NCBI GenBank assembly: GCA_043228905.1
Contig: JBHGNT010000005.1
Coordinates: 15,066,001-15,130,000 of the forward strand
DNA length: 64,000 bases
Source: Azolla caroliniana
Taxonomy: Eukaryota; Plantae; Polypodiophyta
Reading direction: 5' to 3'
The notes beneath the pieces were generated by a model. The model ran no database searches. It was not told where the DNA came from and saw only the letters and a program-made list of their open reading frames with translations. Shown here one piece after another: positions 13,891-26,126 of the stretch. Numbering within the stretch: position 1 is the first letter of the stretch; every line of letters starts with the position of its first letter. The position numbers and the translations under genes are program-made.

Positions 13891-14401
13891 GATAGATTAT
13901 ATTATCATCTTCGGAGGTCAAATATGACCTATGACACCAAAAATATTACATTTCACCTGATACGTGTGAAGGTGAGTAGCGACTCTAGATGTTCAAGAAC
14001 TTTACCAATGAATGTTGCAATCGAGAGTGCACATCATGGTTGTGAGAGAAATTCATGCAAGGATTGGGCTCGATTGAAGAGATGTGGAAAGCATGGTCAA
14101 ATATGATCAAAGGCAGAGCATTGTATCAAAGTGTGATACTCAGACTCTTGAACTTGTTTAGGGCAAAGTGTGCATAGTGGGCCACTCTCATCACTTGTGC
14201 CCCAACGCCCAATCTCACATCTCAATGTGTGCGAGCTAAGTTGCATGGAAGCAATGGTTTGAATGTCAGATATCGGGATGGGCTCTAACATGTATCAATG
14301 TGTACGGCTTCCCCGTTTCGCGAAGAATATGGTTTTGTAGTTAGGTGCAACATTTGTAGTACAATGTGTGAAGCGTGACCTTTTATCGACGCATTTGTAG
14401 T

Positions 14402-14404
<3 letters not shown>
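13891..14404 (-). mobile_element. 5'-truncated non-LTR retrotransposon (LINE) ORF2 C-terminal zinc-knuckle region
   Basis: ORF 14097-14291 QLSSHTLRCEIGRW...CTLC...ESEYHTLIQC is a typical LINE CCHC C-terminus. The segment is absent from the sister LTR and is flanked by (GA)n. Confidence 0.75.
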
Positions 14405-14448
<44 letters not shown>

Positions 14449-14678
14449 GACAGACAACAAGAAGTATAGTATATTATATGAAGAAAGATACAAGAACGGC
14501 TAGGAGGCTTAAGACTAGCGTTGAACCGAATTGGTTCTAAATAATGCCATGTGCCTCTATTTATAGTACTGTCATGAATACTCCTAAAGTTTCTAGAATG
14601 TTCCACAGTAATTTGTAATCTACATGAATTTCCTATAATGAAATAATAAATGAAAATTATATTTTTGTAATACAATGC

Positions 14679-14744
14679 AGAACTTAATGGTATGGCTTGA
14701 ACCCATCTAACACAAGATCATGGGTTCAAATCCTTTTGGAGCCA
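14679..14744 (+). promoter_or_regulatory. tRNA-like Pol III A/B-box motif in chromovirus 3' LTR U3 (antisense to the element)
   Basis: GAACTTAATGGTA...AGATCATGGGTTCAAATCC...GGAGCCA, with the B box at 14723-14733. Confidence 0.6.
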
Positions 14745-15862
14745 TATCATGACACTATCCCCCCTTTTAAACGATGAGTGCTACGAGTCATCTTTGATTG
14801 AGGACCAGGTTTGTCTGGATACTGACAATGGAAGTCCTCAAGAAGAGCTTGAGCATTTGCCACATTCTCTACTGGTTCCCAAGTACACTCGCTTGGACTA
14901 TACCCTAGCCAATTGACCAAATAGTAGAGCTTGTTGCGAACAATCTTCGAATCGAGGATGGCAGCAACCTCGTACTCAAGTCCATCTTGAAGTTCGATCG
15001 GGGTGGAGGTGGTGTAATACGATTGGGAATAATGTTGTCCTGATAGGGTTCTAGAAGAGAACTATGAAATAACGGATGTATCCGTAGTTGCAAAGGTAGC
15101 TCAAGGCGAAAAGTGACATTATTAATTTTTCCGTTAATACGGAAAGTCCCTAACCGAGTAGTTTTTATGTGCCATCGTAATAGCCATACACGATCTCCAA
15201 TATCAAAGCAGGATGGAAGCCGATGGCGATCCGCATAATCCTTCTGTGTTTGTTGGGCTTGATGTAGGTGGGTAGATAATTTTGCCTGAATCTTTCATAG
15301 CCACTCCAAATGATTCTCTGCACTAGGATTTGTGGGTAACTTTGGAATTTCTATTACACACTAGTGAGGATGGTAGCCTGTACAAGCATAGAATGGTGTA
15401 ACCCTAGTAGAGATGTTGATAAATTTATTATAAGCAAATTCAACAAAATGTTGAATATCTACCCAATTATCTTGTTGATAGCTTAGAAAACATCGAAGAT
15501 ATTGTTCTAGAATTTGATTTGTACATGCTGCTTGACCATCTGTTTGGGGATGATAGCCGACGGAGAGGTTGCATGTGACCTTGAGAAATTTGAAGAGATG
15601 CTTCCAAAATTTAGAGACGAATTGTGGTCCACGATCACTGATGATACTATCGGGAAGGCCAAGATGCCAAAATATTTCACGCATAACAATTCCTGATGTT
15701 TCTTCACTAGTGATTTCCTTAGTACATGGCAAGAAATGTGCCATCTTAGTATACCAATCAACCATTGTTAAGACCGTGTTGAAGCCCTTCGAATACGGAA
15801 GATCTATAATAAAATCTAGAGAAATAGATTTCCATGGCTTGATGGGGATGGGTAATGGCTCC

Positions 15863-18800
15863 TGTTGAGAATCAAGCTCAACTTGGTCTAGTGTGTGAAC
15901 TCACCTTGAGAATGAATAGACATTCCAACGGTCAAGAGTCACCATTATGTCACCACTTTGTATTCTAGCATTTAGTATGAGTCATAGAATCATATTCTAT
16001 GACACATAACTTATGAGCTTTCACATTCCCCATGCTCCATGAGTCTTGTAGTTAATGAAGAGAGAGGGTGACTATATAAAGCACAATGTTGAGTCTTTCT
16101 CCTTTGTTAATATACTTTTACCTTGCGTATTCTCTATGTCTTATTCCTTGTCTTTCTCACTCTCTCTCTCATACACACACATAACTCACATCTCTTCCGC
16201 TTCACAAGAATCATATCCGATTCTTTACATGGTATAAGAGCGATTTGGTAGCTCGATCTAGCCCATTCGCCTCATCGTGATCGTGTGTTGTGGTCCACGC
16301 TGACGACCAAGAACCGGCTCATCGCTATCGTAGCTTCGCTACCTAGCTCGCATTCGAAGAGAGAAGAAGAAGAAGAAGAAGAAGAAGAATCGACATAATG
16401 AATACTCAAATGGGGAGTGCTCTCCCTACCGAGAAGTTGGATCGAAACAACTTCGCATCTTGGGAGTACAACATGCACCAATACCTTGTCGGACAAGGCT
16501 ATTGGAGCTACATCAAAGGAGCGTATGAAGACCGACCCGCCGAAGCGGCTCCCGGATACGCGACATGAGAGCAAGCCGCAAGCCGCGTGATGTATTGCTT
16601 GGCGACATGTGTTCACGATCACATGCTCGGCTACATTCGCGAAGCCAAGACGCCGAAGGAGGCATGGGAAAATCTACGAAAGATTTTCGCGACGAACACA
16701 ACTGCAACACGGCTTCAACTCCGCCAAGAGTTGAACAACATTCAATAAAGGGACATGTCCATTACGATATACACCTCGAAGATCAAGGAGCTTTGCGATT
16801 CGCTCGGCTCAATAAGTGTAAATATCGATGATGATGAGATGGTTCAAATATGCCTCAACGTCCTCGCACCACGGTTCAGTGCGATGCGAACCGCCGTTCT
16901 AGCACAGGAGAAATCTTCCTCCTTCTTCGAGCTCCAATCAATGCTATTGGTCGAAGAAAACCACGTGCGTACAAGGTGCAATGAGTCGGAAGTCCACATG
17001 CTCTACACGCACTCGAACGGAGGAAGAGGACGCGGATGGTCGAGAGGCCGATTCGGCCAAGGACAAGGCGGACGAGGTCCGACCTACGACAACAACTCCC
17101 AATTTCAGCTACAAAACGGAAGCCAACGAGGAACCTTCGCAAGAAGGGGGAGCTTCCACTCCGGCCCGAACCGTAAAAACACAACCGAATGCGGATATTG
17201 CAGAAAGCTCGGCCACCACGAAGAAGAGTGCCGAAAGAAGATGCATGAATTGGCTTCCACAAGCCGACAACTCACGAATTACGCGCACAACTCCGACTAT
17301 GAAGATCGTGGCGGAATGTATGCACACAACTCCGACCGTGGCAGAATGTATGGGCACAACTCCAACTACGAAGATCGTGGCAGAATGTATGCACACAACT
17401 CCGACCGTGGCGGAATGTTCATGATGAAACATAGAGCAAACTCTATGTTGGCCTCTACCTCAACTAGTGCCTCCGGTCCGGAAGATGTATGGTTCGTCGA
17501 TTCCGGTGCCTCGAACCATATGACATCGCATCAAGAATGGTTCCGAGAACTTCGAGAGCCGGACCGACCCGGCTATGTAGAAACCAGAGACAACACTACA
17601 CACCCGATTCAGCACATCGGCAATGTTCCGTTCGGAAAAGAAGGTAAGAAAAATTACATTAAAAATGTCTTGCATGTACCGACCATTACGAAGAATTTGA
17701 TCTCCGTCGGCCAAATTGTAGAGCAAGGGATGCAAGTTCGATTTAATCAAGGCGGTTGCTTCATCGAAAAAGAGGGCTGACTCATTGCACGCGGATGAAG
17801 AGAGGGCCAAATGTTCATTCTCAACTCACACGAGATGAAATCGACCATGTTCGCAAAGGGCATGAAAGCCGACTCCGACATAGAGTTATGGCACAAGCGG
17901 ATTGGCCATATAAATCTCCAAAAGCTTAAAGCAATGAAATCGAAAGGAGTCGTCATCGGACTCCCAACATTCAAAGAGAAGGAGATTGAAGGTGTATGCG
18001 AAGCGTGCCAATTCGGCAAGCAACACCGACACCCATTCCCGAAAGAGCGGAACGTGAGTAAAGGTCTACTCGACGTAGTCCATTCCGACGTATGGGAACC
18101 GGCACAGACGGCTACATTCGGCGGATGTCGATATAACATGCTCTTCATCAATGACTTTTCTAGGCACACTTGGATCTACCCGATGCGGCAAAAGAGCAAA
18201 GTGTTCAAACACTTCCAAAATTTCAAGAATGAAGTCGAGAAAGCCATGGGTCGACATGTACCATGCCTACGATCGGATGGCGGCAAGGAGTACTTCTCGG
18301 ATGATTTCACGGCGTATCTCTGAAAGGAAGGAATTCGGCGAGAATTCACTTGCCGACACACTCCGCAACAAAACGGGGTAGACGAACGCAAAAATCAGCA
18401 CATCCTCAAAGTAGCGCGGGCCATGATGAACGAGAAGCATATGCCCAAGTCATATTGGGCCGAAGCTGCAAATACGGCCGTCTACCTAATGAACCGGTGC
18501 ACAACATCCGGCGTGCATGAGGTCACTCCGCACGAAAAATACTTCAGAAAGAAGCCGGACTTATCGCACACCCGGATATTCGGCGCGATAGCGTACGTGC
18601 ACATCCCCGACAAGAAGCGTCAAAAGCTTGACCCGAAATGTCGGAGAAATGTATCCTCGTAGGATACTCACTGGAGCAAAAGGGGTACAAGTGCTACAAC
18701 CCCTCAACTCGAAAATCTCGAGTAAGTCGAGACGTCGTTTTTTATGAGTCCGCATCCTAGTACACACCAGAGACAACTCCAACTCTGACTCCGCTCAACC

Positions 18801-20233
18801 CGGAATCCGCCGAACAAGAGATAGAGGATGAAGATCGCCTTACACGCTTGTTCGAAGAAAGTCCAATCACGACCTGACTGAGCGAACCACAAGAGCCTTT
18901 GAGCGATCAAAGCACATCACGGCCTAGCTCGAAGATGGACAAAGGCAAGGCGAAAATGTCGGAATACGAAGACGATCGCTTCAACGACGATGAGTCGACT
19001 CACTCACTCGACAGTGAGTTTGGCGGCTTCAATGTACCAATCGGAGCTAAGAAAGCCCTCATCTCTACAAATGAAAAGCTCCGTCGATCCACCCATGAAA
19101 AGAACCTCGTAAGTCGATTCGGCTACAACGATTATATGGCATACCATTACGCCTTTATGATAAAGGTAGAGACAGTATGGGAGCCGGAAACCTTTTTCGA
19201 AGCCGCGAAGGACCTGCAATGGATCGAAGCAATGAACGAGGAGATGCATGCACTACGGAAGAACGAGACGTGGGATCTCATTCCCACCTCACCGTACAAA
19301 AAGGCAATCGGATGCAGATGGATTTACAAAGTGAAGTACAACGCCGACGGTTCCGTCAACCACTACAAAGCGCGACTCGTAGCAAAAGGCTACGCACAAA
19401 CGCATGGAGTTGACTACGAAGAGACCTTTGCCACGGCGAAAGGGTGGCACCTCCATCAAATGGACGCCAAGAACGCCATTCTACAAGGCGAATTAGAAGA
19501 GGAGGTGTACATGATACAACCACCCAGCTTCAACTCAAGCACCCATCTGAAAGCTATATGCCGACTCAAGAAGCCACTCTACGGCATCAAGCAAACACCG
19601 CGTGCTTGGCATTCAAAGATAACGCTGTCGTGAAGAATTTCGGCCAGAGGCGGAAACCGGGAAACATTGGCTACATCGGCGGGGTGCAGCGTGTGTACGC
19701 ACCCATGTACATTTAGTGTGAATATCGAGGGCGCCTTTATGGCGCCGAAGAGTAGTCAAGTCAGGGCAGACGATCCCATGTAAGTCGGGATTTATCCCAC
19801 ATTGTAACGCATCCCTCTCCTTGTTCTATAAAAGGAAGGGAACGCCCTTTGTGAAAGGGTTGCCCATTTTGCATTAGAGGGTATACCGTTAGATTTAGGG
19901 TTTCTTCTTCTCCTTCTTCTCCCCCCTTCGTGTTTGCTTAGGGTTTGCTTTGGCTCGGCCTCCTGTGCAAGACCCCGCTCGGCCCGACGAGCTGAGAGCT
20001 CCCCGACAGCGGCTTGGCAGCTGACGACTACTGTAACCTACCTTGGAACGGCTCGAAACCGGGAATGTATTCTTCTGTTTATATATATACATTTGCGTCT
20101 GTCTGTGTATATTCGCGTCTCTGTTGGTGTCGGGTGCTCCCCCTTTCCTGCGTTTCCTGTACTTAAGGGTGTGAGTTGGGTTGGCCTGTGTGTGTGCGTG
20201 TGTGAGTGTGTGTGCGTGAGTCGGTGTTAAGCG

Positions 20234-20279
<46 letters not shown>

Positions 20280-21720
20280 TTGGTTGCTTCCGGTGTGCTT
20301 CTGGGATGCCCCGGGAACGGTGAAGCACGACTTCCCACGCTCCATCACTCCCTAGTCCAAGACCCCCGTGGTCCCGCCTTTCTCCACGCACGCGCGTAAC
20401 AACGCGACAACGCAATATCTTCATCAAATCGGCTTCCGTATGTCAAAATCGGACAACTCCCTCTACATATGAAGCGATTCCACAAGTCCGATCGTCATCA
20501 TCTTATATGTGGATGACCTAGTCATTGGAGGTGAGCATCTCATCAAAATCAATAAGGTCAAATCCCTCCTTTCCGACAAGTTCGAGATGACGGACATGAA
20601 GGAGCTCCACTACTTCCTCAGCATCGAGGTAATTCGTACTCCGGCCAAAATCATGATCTCTCAACAACACTACATCCTCAACTTGTTATACAAGTTAGGG
20701 ATGGTTGAGTGCAAATCCGCGGCAACCCTGCTCGATTGCAATCTCAAACTGGATGCAAACTCCGACACCAAAGCGTGTGAGCCGACTCAGTATCGGCAAC
20801 TCATCAGGAGTCTCATCTACCTCATGATCACTCGACCCGAACTCAGTTATCTGGTTGGTCTCCTTAGTCAATTCATGCAAACACCGCGTGATACTCACTT
20901 GGATTGCGCTAAGCGAGTTCTATGATATGTGAGCGGCACAATGGATTGCGGCATCCTCTACAAGACCGCGATGCCAATACGACTCGAGGGATACACAAAC
21001 GCCGATTGGGCCAGCTACAAAGACGATAGAATATCAACCTCCGGATTTGTTTTCTCCCTCGGCAGCGGAGCAATATCCTGGATCAGTAAAAAACAACCAA
21101 TCATCGCTCTTTCGAGCACAGAGGCGTAATATAGGGGCGCAGTAGTGGCCGCATGTGAAGCTGTATGGCTCAAAAGGATACTCAAGGATCTGGGCGTACC
21201 CATCAAGGATCCGACTTCCCTTTATTACGACAACATGAGCAATATCTATCTGGCTCGGAACCCGGTGTTCCACACGCGGACAAAGCACATCGAAGTGCAC
21301 TATCACTTCATTCGAGAGCGTGTTCTAGCTGGCGAAGTCGACCTACAACACATTTGCACAAATCTTCAAACGGTTGACATCTTCACTAAAGCCTTAGGAG
21401 CCGACAAGATGTGGCAATTCATGACCGATCTCGGATTGACGATCCCTGACCTGCCAAGCTTGAGGGGGAGTACTGAAGACATTACGCAATAACGCGTGCA
21501 TTTCACAACCACGCAACGAAGCCGCGAAGAGCTGATCCACCGCGCAAAGTCACGAAGAAAGACGCAAGCCGAAGCACAAACTTCGCAACTACGCACAACG
21601 CAAGCTGGAGCACGGATTCCGCAACTCCGCATAAAGCGAGTCGACGCGAGTCGACGCGGACTCTGGAACGCGAGTCGAAGCGGATTTCGGATACCATCTG
21701 AAACCGACCCTAATAAACCC
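15863..21720 (+). mobile_element. Ty1/Copia element nested in the chromovirus integrase: 5' LTR 15863-16229, Met PBS, gag-PR-INT-RT-RNase H; 3' LTR lost
   Basis: TGTTG...TTACA LTR; PBS TGGTATAAGAGC at 16230; zinc knuckle CGYCRKLGHHEEEC; WFVDSGASNH; LWHKRIGH; YKARLVAKGY; NPVFHTRTKHIEVHYHF. Confidence 0.92.
19626..20409 (+). mobile_element. Solo LTR (TGTCG...CGACA type) inserted in the Copia RT
   Basis: The termini are intact and the TSD is 4-bp ACGC/ACGC. Removing it restores RT (HSKIT|QYLHQIG). TATA box at ~19827. Confidence 0.88.
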
Positions 21721-24700
21721 TAATAAACCATATGGATGATGTTTGGGCATCTTCGCTCTGCAACATGTATCACATGTCTGCACGTAGTCTTCGACAAATC
21801 TTCGCATATGCGGCCATCAAAATGATCGTTGTACTAAATCCAACGTTTTAGTACTACCAAAATGTGCAGTTGTGTATGTGTCATGACAATGTTGAACTAC
21901 TTGAAGATGACATGGACCATTGGGAACATACAAAAGTTGCTTAAAGAAAAGTAATCCATCATGACATTACAATTGTCAATAATCCGTACCTGGTTGTTGT
22001 GACCGTGAGCAGGATGCCCGAGAGGAATCAATTTAATCTAGAATAGCTTGAGCGAAAACATTTGTCTTCAAATCTTCGCGTATGGTATCAATAAGGCGGG
22101 AATCTAATGGAGTTTCAAAAACCAATGTTGCTTGCAATCATGCCGAACCCATGATTACTTGCTTTTTATTTTTGAAGGTCAGATCCCCAGGATGAGGTGC
22201 TAGATACAAGCGTCGTGATAATGCATTTGCCTTCCCTTGTTGCTTGCCCAGAAAATATGTAATCTTGAAGTCGAAACGAGTGAGGAATTGGGCCCACCGA
22301 GCTTGTCGTCTATTTAATACACGAGCATTCTAGAAGTAGGCAAGATTCTTGTCATCACTAAATACAATGACTTGATGAGGAGATCCTTCTAAGAAATGCC
22401 TCCATTGTGCAAAAGAGTCCACTATTGCTAATAGCTCCCTGTCATGTATCTCGTAGTTGATTTCGGTGGTGTCAAATTTGTGTGAGTGGAAAGCTTCGGG
22501 ATGTAGCTTCTCATCATTGCCTCGCTGTGACAAAATACTACTGAGCCCAAAATCCACCAAAATCCGATGCGTCTGCCTCAATGATAAATGGTCTTTGCGG
22601 GTCAAGATGAGTTAGAATAGGGACCGATGTAAATGTTTTTTTGAGATCTACAAAAGTCGTGTCCGCTTAGACCAAGGCACAGTTTGATTTACTTTTTTTT
22701 ATGATAAAAATCATTGGCGCCAAGCGTGAGGTATTCTTTGTAAGTTGTGTGAGAGGCAAAATAAGTTGTGAGTAGTCCTTTACAAACTTGCGATAGAAAT
22801 TTGTGAAACCTAAAAAACATTGTGTATCTCGCAACGAACATGGAGTCTGCCACTCTAACACAATTTAGACCTTAGCTAGATCCATAGAGATTCCTTCCGA
22901 GGAGATGACATAGCCAAGAAATTCCACCTATTTACAATCAAAACTACATTTCTCTAGTTTTGCATAAAGACCATGTTCTCATAGTCGTTTTTAGTACGAA
23001 TACTACATGAGAATCATGCTCTGCTTGTGTCTTTGAATAAACTAGCAGATCATCCAAGTAGATGATAAAACTAATGTCCAAAAGATCTCAAAATATATCA
23101 TTTGTCATGTGTTGGAAAACTCGGGGTGCAGAGGTGAGGCCGAATGGTATAATTGTATATTCAAAGTGCCCATATCGGGTGTGAAAACCTATCTTCCATT
23201 CGTCTCCCGATCAGATCTGTGCGAGGTTATATGCTCCTCGTAAGTTGATCTTAGTGAAAAACATTGCACCATTAATCCTTTCTAGAAGACTCGAGATCAG
23301 AGGAATTGCATACCTATTCCTAATGGTGACTTTATTCAAGCCATGGTAATCCATGACTAGGCGAAGTGATCCATCCTTTTTCTTTACAAAGAAGATGGGT
23401 GTGCCGGCTGGAGATTTCGAATGTCGAATGAACCCATCTGCTAGATTTTCCTCTATGTAGGCTCAAAGAACTTCAAGCTTGCTTGGTGATAAGTTGTCGA
23501 TTGGTCCCCACGGTGGCTCTTTTCCTGGTTGTAAATCAATGGGACAATCATACAGTCAATGTTGAGGAAGAGTACTTGCTTTTACCTTCTCAAAAACTTC
23601 GGCATAATGGTGATACTTCTTCGGAAGTTGAATTGGTGACTCCTCCTTAGTGATACTGGAAGGTTTCACTAATATTACAAATACAAACATTGGTTCCTTG
23701 CGTCCTTCCTCACGCAATTGATGTAGCAAAATGTTTGAAATTTCATGAGTAGATCCTCGAGGTTGACGATACTTGATTTCTCTTGTTCTCCAATCAATTT
23801 TGGGTTGTGTAATTCAAACAATGGTAACCCCAAGACAATTGGATGCTCTGGACTACTAATTATATTAAATGATATTTCGCATGCCAAAATGTCTAGGACA
23901 ACACGAACCAACTCTGACTCTTCTATGATATTTCCAGAAGCAATGGGACAACAATCAATGACTACTACAGAAGTTGGGCAAGGGAGCTTTCTTAGGGATA
24001 TCTGATGAACTTGGGCAAAATTCCTATCCATGAAACAAGAATTGGCTCTAGAATCTAAGACTGTTAAGACATGTACTGGAGGATTACTTTTAGTACTAAC
24101 TGCTACTTGAGCTACGAACACCTTGCTAACTTACTTCGAGGGAATGGAACCACTAATGGGTTGCACAGATTCAGGGTTGTCCAACCAAATGACTCCTATT
24201 TTGGCTAGACTCAATCGTTTATCTCTTCTCTTAGTTGACTAAGGACTTCAAATTTGTTGGATAAACTTGGATTACTAGGATTATCAAACACTCCTAATGA
24301 AATAGACTCGGGTTTAGTACTAACGACTACTTGATTTACCTGTCTTCTTGGCTTATGGGGACAAATTACTACAATATGCTCCGATCCACCGCAATATAGA
24401 CATAGTTGATTTGTTCAGCGTCGTTGCTTTTCCTCTTCCGATAATGGTCCACAACAACTTGTGGTGTTGATTTCCATTGGTGTTGGAGTATTTACTAAAG
24501 ACGCATTATATGACACCCTTGGAAAAGGTTTTACTACAGTTGAGACGTAGGTGGGTGGCATTTGGAACTAACGTTCCAAACATCATTCGAAAAGCCAATT
24601 ATTGCATCGTACCGCTCAATTGATTGCTTTTGTGAGCGACTTTGGTTCTTTGGGGAAAGTCAAGAGTAAATCCTTGACGTCATTACATACTAGGCCATTA

Positions 24701-24989
24701 TTAGCAAATTTGCTCCATCAATGCTTGGTCATCCCAAGGAATATCAGTGGCTAGAAGATGGAAATCCACAGCATAAGCCGAGGTTAGCCGATCACCTTGG
24801 CGCAGTCTTCGGATTTTGTTGATTGCCGTCCTAACGCTATCGGTATCTCCAAAACATGCTTTAAACTTGCTAATAAACTCCTCAAAATTATTAAATTAAC
24901 AAATGAAAGTCTTTTTCTAACAAAGGGGCGAACCATGCCAAAGTTGTGCCACTAAGTAGCGTGCCTACTAGTCCCACTTGTGATCACGT

Positions 24990-25776
24990 TGTCGTAGTGT
25001 ATTTCGTACACTACGTGAAAAAGTAAAAATAATATAACCGATTTAATTACATATAAATAAATAAAATAAGAATATCAAAATATTTATCACGTGCATAGGG
25101 CAAGATTCAAACCTTGTACCTCCACGTAGCCAAACCTCAACTTTATCATTATGCTACCTTATCTTTAGTGTTCTACAAATAGATTTAATAACTATAACTG
25201 CTTTATTTGCGCCTACCTTTATTAAAAGGTAAATCATGTATTTTTAGAGTGCGTGAGTATTTTATAGAAAAACGCAATCAACTAAAAAGTGACTCATGCA
25301 CATCTAGCGTGCATGGGCACTATATTTAGCAAATAAAAGCAAGGATTAGAAAAGCATCACATGCACATTTAGTGTGCATGAACATATTAGAAAAAAGCAT
25401 GTAGCTATGCTTAGTCTCTCCCATCACTATATAAGGATGGGGAGCACAATGTAATAGGTGTGTGAAATATTTGGAAATTGGATATATTTCCGAAAACACC
25501 AACCGATTAATATAATCGTGGGATTCACGAAAATAATATAATCTATACTTGTGGGATTCACAAGTTTCTTATATCTTTCTTTCAATCTAAATACATATTC
25601 TTATCTAAATATTGATTAATTGAATACAATACACTCGTGGGATTCACGAAATTTCTATCTCTCTTCTAATAATCTATTCATTACTAGCCTCATCTCATAT
25701 TCTTCTTTCTCCTAGTCCAAAACCTCGGCGGTTCCCACCCGACTCACGCAATGATCCGGAGCCGAAAGGCACGACA
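24990..25776 (+). mobile_element. Solo LTR (TGTCG...CGACA), same family as 40493-41442, inserted in chromovirus gag
   Basis: The termini are intact, the TSD is 4-bp ACGT/ACGT, and it aligns with 40493-41442 (CACTATATAAGGATGGGGAGCA, CTAGTCCAAAACC). Confidence 0.9.
25085..25157 (-). promoter_or_regulatory. tRNA-like Pol III A/B-box motif in the U3 of the solo LTR (antisense)
   Basis: On the minus strand, TAGCATAATGATA (25156) is followed by GGAGGTACAAGGTTTGAATC. The B box starts at 25113, 43 nt from the A box. Confidence 0.6.
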
Positions 25777-26112
25777 ACGTTCCATTGAACTTCATAGGAA
25801 GACCAATCTTGGGTTCTTTGGGAGTCCCTTGAGTGCTTGGTTCCTTTTGTTGCAATGACACAATAGTTGCTTCAAGTTGTTGCAGGCGTAAGGTCAGCTC
25901 CCCATGTTGTTGTTGGTTTTCTAGAGCTATTTGTTAAAAATCCCCCAACAAACGTTGATTTTCTTGTTCTAGTGCTACACACTTTTCTTCTAAGCACTCG
26001 AGCTCCGAGAAAACGGATTGGTATTCTTGAGCGCTAACAATTGCCATTTATTATTGGAGGAAGGAAGGATAAGAGGATTAGTGTGAAGGGAAGGAGGGAT
26101 AAGAAGATGAGA

Positions 26113-26124
26113 AATTTGGTTCAA
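26113..26124 (-). other. Non-tRNA primer-binding site, complementary to the predicted transcript 5' end (self-priming)
   Basis: TTGAACCAAATT lies 2 nt downstream of the 5' LTR. It is complementary to AATTCGGTTCAA, which sits ~33 nt after the LTR TATAAAT. Confidence 0.7.
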
Positions 26125-26126
26125 AC

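Larger units (their letters stand above)
13770..14754 (-). repeat. 3' LTR of the chromovirus, split by a LINE fragment inserted in its (GA)n tract
   Basis: TGTCA...TGACA termini. Segments 13770-13890 and 14405-14754 align to 26127-26559. Confidence 0.9.

Noticed and set aside
19895-20427. ORFs with RERERE/CVCVCV/THTH runs here and near 29245-29683, 32356-33300 and 47289-47608
   Set aside because: They are translations of dinucleotide microsatellites with no protein-family signal.
24190-24230. Programmed -1 frameshift signal at the chromovirus gag/pol boundary
   Set aside because: The sequence is too decayed, and no intact slippery heptamer is visible.
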